In this document: piece after piece, positions 44,651-49,354 of the stretch
Layout: each line of letters starts with the position of its first letter
How positions within the stretch are numbered: position 1 is the first letter of the stretch
Assembly (NCBI GenBank): GCA_032718475.1
Contig: JAUCBJ010003589.1
Span: forward strand, 1 to 49,354
Source of the DNA: Nemertoderma westbladi
Lineage: Eukaryota; Animalia; Xenacoelomorpha
Reading direction: 5' to 3'
DNA: 49,354 nt
The notes under the pieces: model-generated
The model's input: the letters and a program-made list of their open reading frames with translations, nothing else
Database searches by the model: none
Told to the model about the DNA's origin: nothing
Program-made: the position numbers and the translations under genes

Positions 44651-45734
44651 AAGGGGGGGGGGGGGGGGTTACCCCTTTTCTTTTTTTCATCAGATTTTTT
44701 AAATGTGTTTTCCGATGTAAAATGTTATGGTAATTCCGAATCTGAAATTAGTTTTTCGATAAGTTGTTTTGTTCTCGACACCTGTACCACATTTGGCACC
44801 AAAAAAGACCAAGAAACTCCCAGAAATGTCGAAATATTTCGCCTTTTGTCGGAATCAGAGCCGAAAATTAGCCTATAGGTATCAAAACCACAAAAGACCA
44901 TTATTGAAACATTTTAAAACATATTCACTTTTGGTGCATGTTTGGTCAGTTAGTTGTAATCAGGAGGAAAATTTAATTTAAAACACGTTTTTCTCGGTTT
45001 ATCATATTTTTTCCTACTAGTTCTGTGATTTTTAACAGATTTTAATTTTGTTTGCGTTTTTTCAAAGCTCCTGGTGTCGCCAACAAACGATACCACCAGA
45101 TTAATTTGAATTATATTAAAAGTTACAGCATTTAAAGTATTAAAATATGCTAAAAAATCTAGTATTTTCAAAATTCGGGTATTTTTTAGCATATTTTGAT
45201 ATTTTAAATGCTGTAAATTTTAATATAATAAAAAAAAAATCTGGTAGTTTGTTGGCGACACCAGAGCTTCGAAAAAAACGCAAAGAGAATTAAAATCGGT
45301 TAAAAATTTCAGAACTATTAGGAAAAAAAATGATAAACCGAGAAAAACGTGTTTTAAATTTCCTTAGCCGATTACAACTGACCAAACATGCACCAAAAGT
45401 GAAATTTGTTTTAATTTTTTCAAAAATGATCTTATTTTGCGGCTTTGATACCAATATTTTTAATTTATTGCTAATTTTTGGCGCTGATTCCGTAAATGGC
45501 AAAATATTTCGACATTTCTGGGTGTTTGTTGGTCTGTTTTGGTGACAAATGTGGTGCTGCACCAAAATTAAAAATTTTCAAATTTTGGATGAAAATGACA
45601 AAAGTTGCCATAACTAGAAAACTAAACAACTTATCGTAAAACTGATTTTAGATTCGGAATCACCATAAAATTTTACATCGGAAAACAAAATGAAAAAAAT
45701 TGATGAAAAAAAAGACAAGGGGTAAACCCCCCTT
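44651..45734. mobile_element. ~1.08-kb foldback MITE
   Basis: Arms are diverged reverse complements (GGGGTTACCCCTT...TTTTCCGATGTAAAA / TTTTACATCGGAAAA...AAGGGGTAAACCCC), centre ~45190. Ends approximate. Confidence 0.8.
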
Positions 45735-46187
45735 GGGGTTTTAAAGAATTGATACAACAGTGACACAACTATAAACTTATTAAATAAATGTAAATTTATT
45801 TTATTTAAGTATCAAAATTAATTTATTTTTCAAGATTAAAAAAAAATTATTTCAAGTCAGATCTGATAAGGTTGTAATTGTGAAGTTGAGACAGGGAGGG
45901 GGGATCTGGACGCAAAGACCATCCCAGTAAATTCTCAATTTAAGGAAAAGAGCAGGTTACAGTACCACGTTATTCTAACCAAAAAAATAAACTATATTCA
46001 ATGGAACAGGTTACAGTTGTATTTCTCTGAGTCTGAGTTCTCTGTCATTTGCGTAGAATATCCCCTGGGGAGGGAGGGATAATAATGATTGTGTCGTAAG
46101 TCCTCTATCCGATAAATTAAATTAATTAACTCATCGTTGTCACTGCAAGTAAATATCAAATATAACGCCATATTGAACTCGACAAAC

Positions 46188-46342
46188 CTGATATTACTAT
46201 GGAAGCATCTGCGTTGAAACGGACAGCGTTAACTCTGCCATTATGGCCGCGCAACCTACGGAACATCTGTCCCGTGGCGACATCGAATACCGCCACAAGT
46301 TTATCCATACCACCCGAACATATCTGGCTGTTATCCGTCGAC
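46188..46342 (-). CDS. WDR83: WDR83 exon 3
   Basis: STDNSQICSGGMDKLVAVFDVATGQMFRRLRGHNGRVNAVRFNADASIVIS; AG/GT borders. Confidence 0.95.
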
Positions 46343-46543
46343 CTGAGGTACAAGACTGCAAGATATATCGGAGTCCATTGGCTGATTGGTCACAATTAGT
46401 AATGTTACCCCGGTAGTGACACTCAAACAAGTTACTAAAATAATTTTCGTGGAATGGCCCATAGAAAAGTAAGTTAATTATCCATATATAATATAAATTT
46501 AAATATTAATCTATTGAAATAATTAATTTAATTAACTTAATTA

Positions 46544-47264
46544 CACCATGACCCGTAATATAGTGTCATTTTCTGATGACACGGACCCCCCCCCCCCCAT
46601 TTTTTTCTACAAATCTTTATCATTTTGCTTGAAATTGGAAACACAACTAGTTCAACTCACCGTGGTTGTTACCATGAAGCCGGAATTTTCGATTTCGCCT
46701 TTAAATTTTATTTATAAGCGTTTTAAAAAAGTGTCTTTTTCGAAATCGCACCCTCTGTATCATTGCCATTCTTCACATTAGTCCTAATTAATTCAAATTT
46801 ATATCAATAGAAAGCTTGCGTTGAAAGGATTCCAAATATGTAACAATATCTGAATTTCGTTGAGAAACAGCTGAGATATAGGCGTTCAAAGATTGCAAGA
46901 ATTATTGTTCACTGGAGGCCATTTATTTTATTTAATAAATACACAATATTCTGGAACAATTTGTTTCTGTATGAATAGCTACGCGATATGGATATCGCAT
47001 AGGCATTCCGCTGTTGCCAACCAACTCATAAAATAAATAACAATGGCAATGATACGGATGGTGCGATTTTGCAAAAGACACTTTTTTAAAACACTTATAA
47101 ATACAATTTAAAGGCGAAATCGAAAATTCCGGCTTCATGGTAACAACCACGGTGAGTTGAACTCGTGGAGTTTCAAATTTCAAGCAATATGATAAAGATT
47201 TGAAGAAAAATCTGGGGGGTCATCCGGGTCATCTGAAAATGACACTATATTACGGGACATGGTG
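46544..47264. mobile_element. Uninterrupted copy of the CACCATGACCCG MITE
   Basis: TA-CACCATGACCCGTAATATAGTGTC...GACACTATATTACGGGACATGGTG-TA, ~220-bp TIRs. A lone end fragment lies at ~47438-47502. Confidence 0.9.
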
Positions 47265-47582
47265 TAATTATTTACAATGCTACCTGTATTAAATAATAAT
47301 TGTTGTTAGAAATAATGCTATGGTTTATCATTTGGTTTATCATCATATTGATTTCAAATGGTTTATTAATAAATCGGAACGTCAGCTGCGTTTTACGTTA
47401 TATTATTTTTAAATAATATGATGTTACAGATATTTGCGGGGGGGAGGGGGGGGGGGGGGGTCCGTGTCATCAGAAAATGACACTTTGTTATGGGTCATGG
47501 TGTATCTATTGTAATCTGTGCTGCTATTGGCTATTCACCTTCTGCCCGATTATTAGAACTGTTTCCTTTGTGAAATACTTAC

Positions 47583-47703
47583 GCCATACAGTCTAGAACT
47601 TCGTAACCATGGCCACCGTAAGTTTTGATTAGGACGTTTCTGTATGGATTCCACAACTTCACTGATTTATCAGCCCCACAAGTCATACAATATTTTCCAT
47701 CAG
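47583..47703 (-). CDS. WDR83: WDR83 exon 2
   Basis: DGKYCMTCGADKSVKLWNPYRNVLIKTYGGHGYEVLD; AG/GT borders. Confidence 0.95.
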
Positions 47704-48834
47704 CTAAAACATTTGAGGGTAATAAAATTATACATGGAAAGGATATGTGAGATAAATAAATCGTTGTTTTAGAGAAATATTAATAAGCAATCACTAATCA
47801 GGACAAATTTTCTGACCGGTACCGATAGAACTATGATTAACATTAACAATAACAATAATGTATTGCCACGTAGTCTTACAACAAAATTTGGTTGCGCTAA
47901 ATGCTACTGCCGAATGGTTGCACGTTTCGACCACTTCCAGACTTTAACGGTTGCTGTTGTTAACATCAATCTGGTGTTGCATTTAGGGGCAACTGGGCAA
48001 CTAATTAAGTATCATTCTGTTGAAATTTAACTTTTCCTTACTTACGCCTTTCTCGCTTACTGCCTTACCCCATGAGCATAATGTAAACAATGCACTTCCC
48101 TGCCACAATTCAAAACTAAAATTCAAAACGACATCCTCAACACCTATGACTCATAACGTGTATCGTTCTTTACCAATTTTTACTAAATGAAAAGTATTAG
48201 TACAGTTCCATTGAATATCCTATCTATTATTCTATGGTGAATTTTCATTTGCAATCTCTCGAGAGCCACATAGAGTCAATAATAATCAATAATAACCAAC
48301 AATAATAACCAAAAAAAAAAGGCCAGAATCGCCTTCGTTTACTGAGGTTCGTACTTTGGTTGAAGTCGGAATTCGGGTGCAATTGTTTTCTTTAGATTTA
48401 TACAGTAGACCTACTAACTATACTTAGGCAGTTGTAACTACTAAACAATATCGTACAGTAATTATCCTAAGGCCTCAGGGGGGTGGGTTGGGTTGGTAAC
48501 ACGTGCATGCTCTCATTAAATATTTTAGTTTAATCGTGTTAGGTATAGGTTTAAATTTATTACATCATTATATTGGACAGTTGGATATTATACGAGTCCT
48601 ATGGGCTCAATCAATCAATCAAAGTCAGGATTTTTGCTGTGCTTTCGCTTACCGTACCGGTATCGGTTCGGCGGTATCTCGCACTTGTCTCATTCTTCTG
48701 TACTAGAAGTAAAAAGTAAATAAGAACGGATCACTGGAATACACCAAACAAGCCAACAAGGACTACTACCGTTACAGACAAGGACATCACGGTGAAACAA
48801 TTTGATTGACGACAATACCAAATGTTTCACTTAC

Positions 48835-48913
48835 CGTTAAACCGTACAGCGCGAACTGCACCTTGTTTACATTCCATGTTGTGAACAAACGCCGTTGGGT
48901 AAGAATCAGACAT
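48835..48913 (-). CDS. WDR83: WDR83/MORG1 exon 1 (seven exons total 930 nt, 309 aa)
   Basis: MSDSYPTAFVHNMECKQGAVRAVRFN, donor GTAAGT. All seven exons join in phase and match the WDR83 protein as I recall it. Confidence 0.93.
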
Positions 48914-49354
48914 GATGAGCGGCGAAGAGCAGAGGCCAGGCCAGGAGGCAGCTGCGCCCAGGCCCAGTCAGCCAGTAGTCTATAACTACTGAACTACAAT
49001 CAGCAATACGGTACAGAAGCACGTACAGATTCTCTCAGGCTCAAAATTGTAGGGATATACTGATATAATAGGCCTGCTCCTACTGCATACCGGTACTGTA
49101 GTACTATGGCAATGTGCAATGGCATTATCTGCTTGCATAACACGTAACACAACAGTGCAGTACCCACTTAACTAAATATTTAAATTTCCCTCCCAATCTG
49201 CGAATATAACGAACCTGCCTGTATAGTGTATACTGTAATACTGTAATAGGCGGGGTGAGTATTTTGTCAAAACCTTTTGTCTCATGTGTTAGTGTGTATC
49301 TATCAGCGAACTGCACGAAGGCCCCACTCGTGTATCCATCTGCCATAAATCAGC

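Noticed and set aside
49125-49346. 73-aa ORF upstream of WDR83, or WDR83OS/Asterix
   Set aside because: No resemblance to Asterix as I recall it and no supporting motif.

Overview
Eukaryotic (animal-like, AT-rich, spliceosomal introns) genomic DNA. The left 20 kb is a three-layer nest. An RTE-like LINE RT fragment (19515-~20470, -) is interrupted by a decayed BEL/Pao LTR retrotransposon (copy B, 4814-19514, +). The 5' leader of B is in turn interrupted by a diverged relative in the opposite orientation (copy A, 1-4813, -). B carries an intact 591-aa triple-zinc-knuckle ORF where env would normally be. The middle holds a single-exon TRIM gene (+) and a two-exon unrecognised gene (-) surrounded by RFX X-box motifs. 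The right 18 kb is a complete 7-exon WDR83/MORG1 gene (-) whose introns hold MITEs, a hAT derivative and minisatellites. The best candidate for a new system is inside that hAT derivative: a 413-bp partially tandem unit in which a tRNA-like Pol III promoter is fused to a minimal type I hammerhead ribozyme, with the direct repeat starting at the predicted self-cleavage site (retrozyme/Penelope-type RNA). All coordinates were read by eye and no searches were run.
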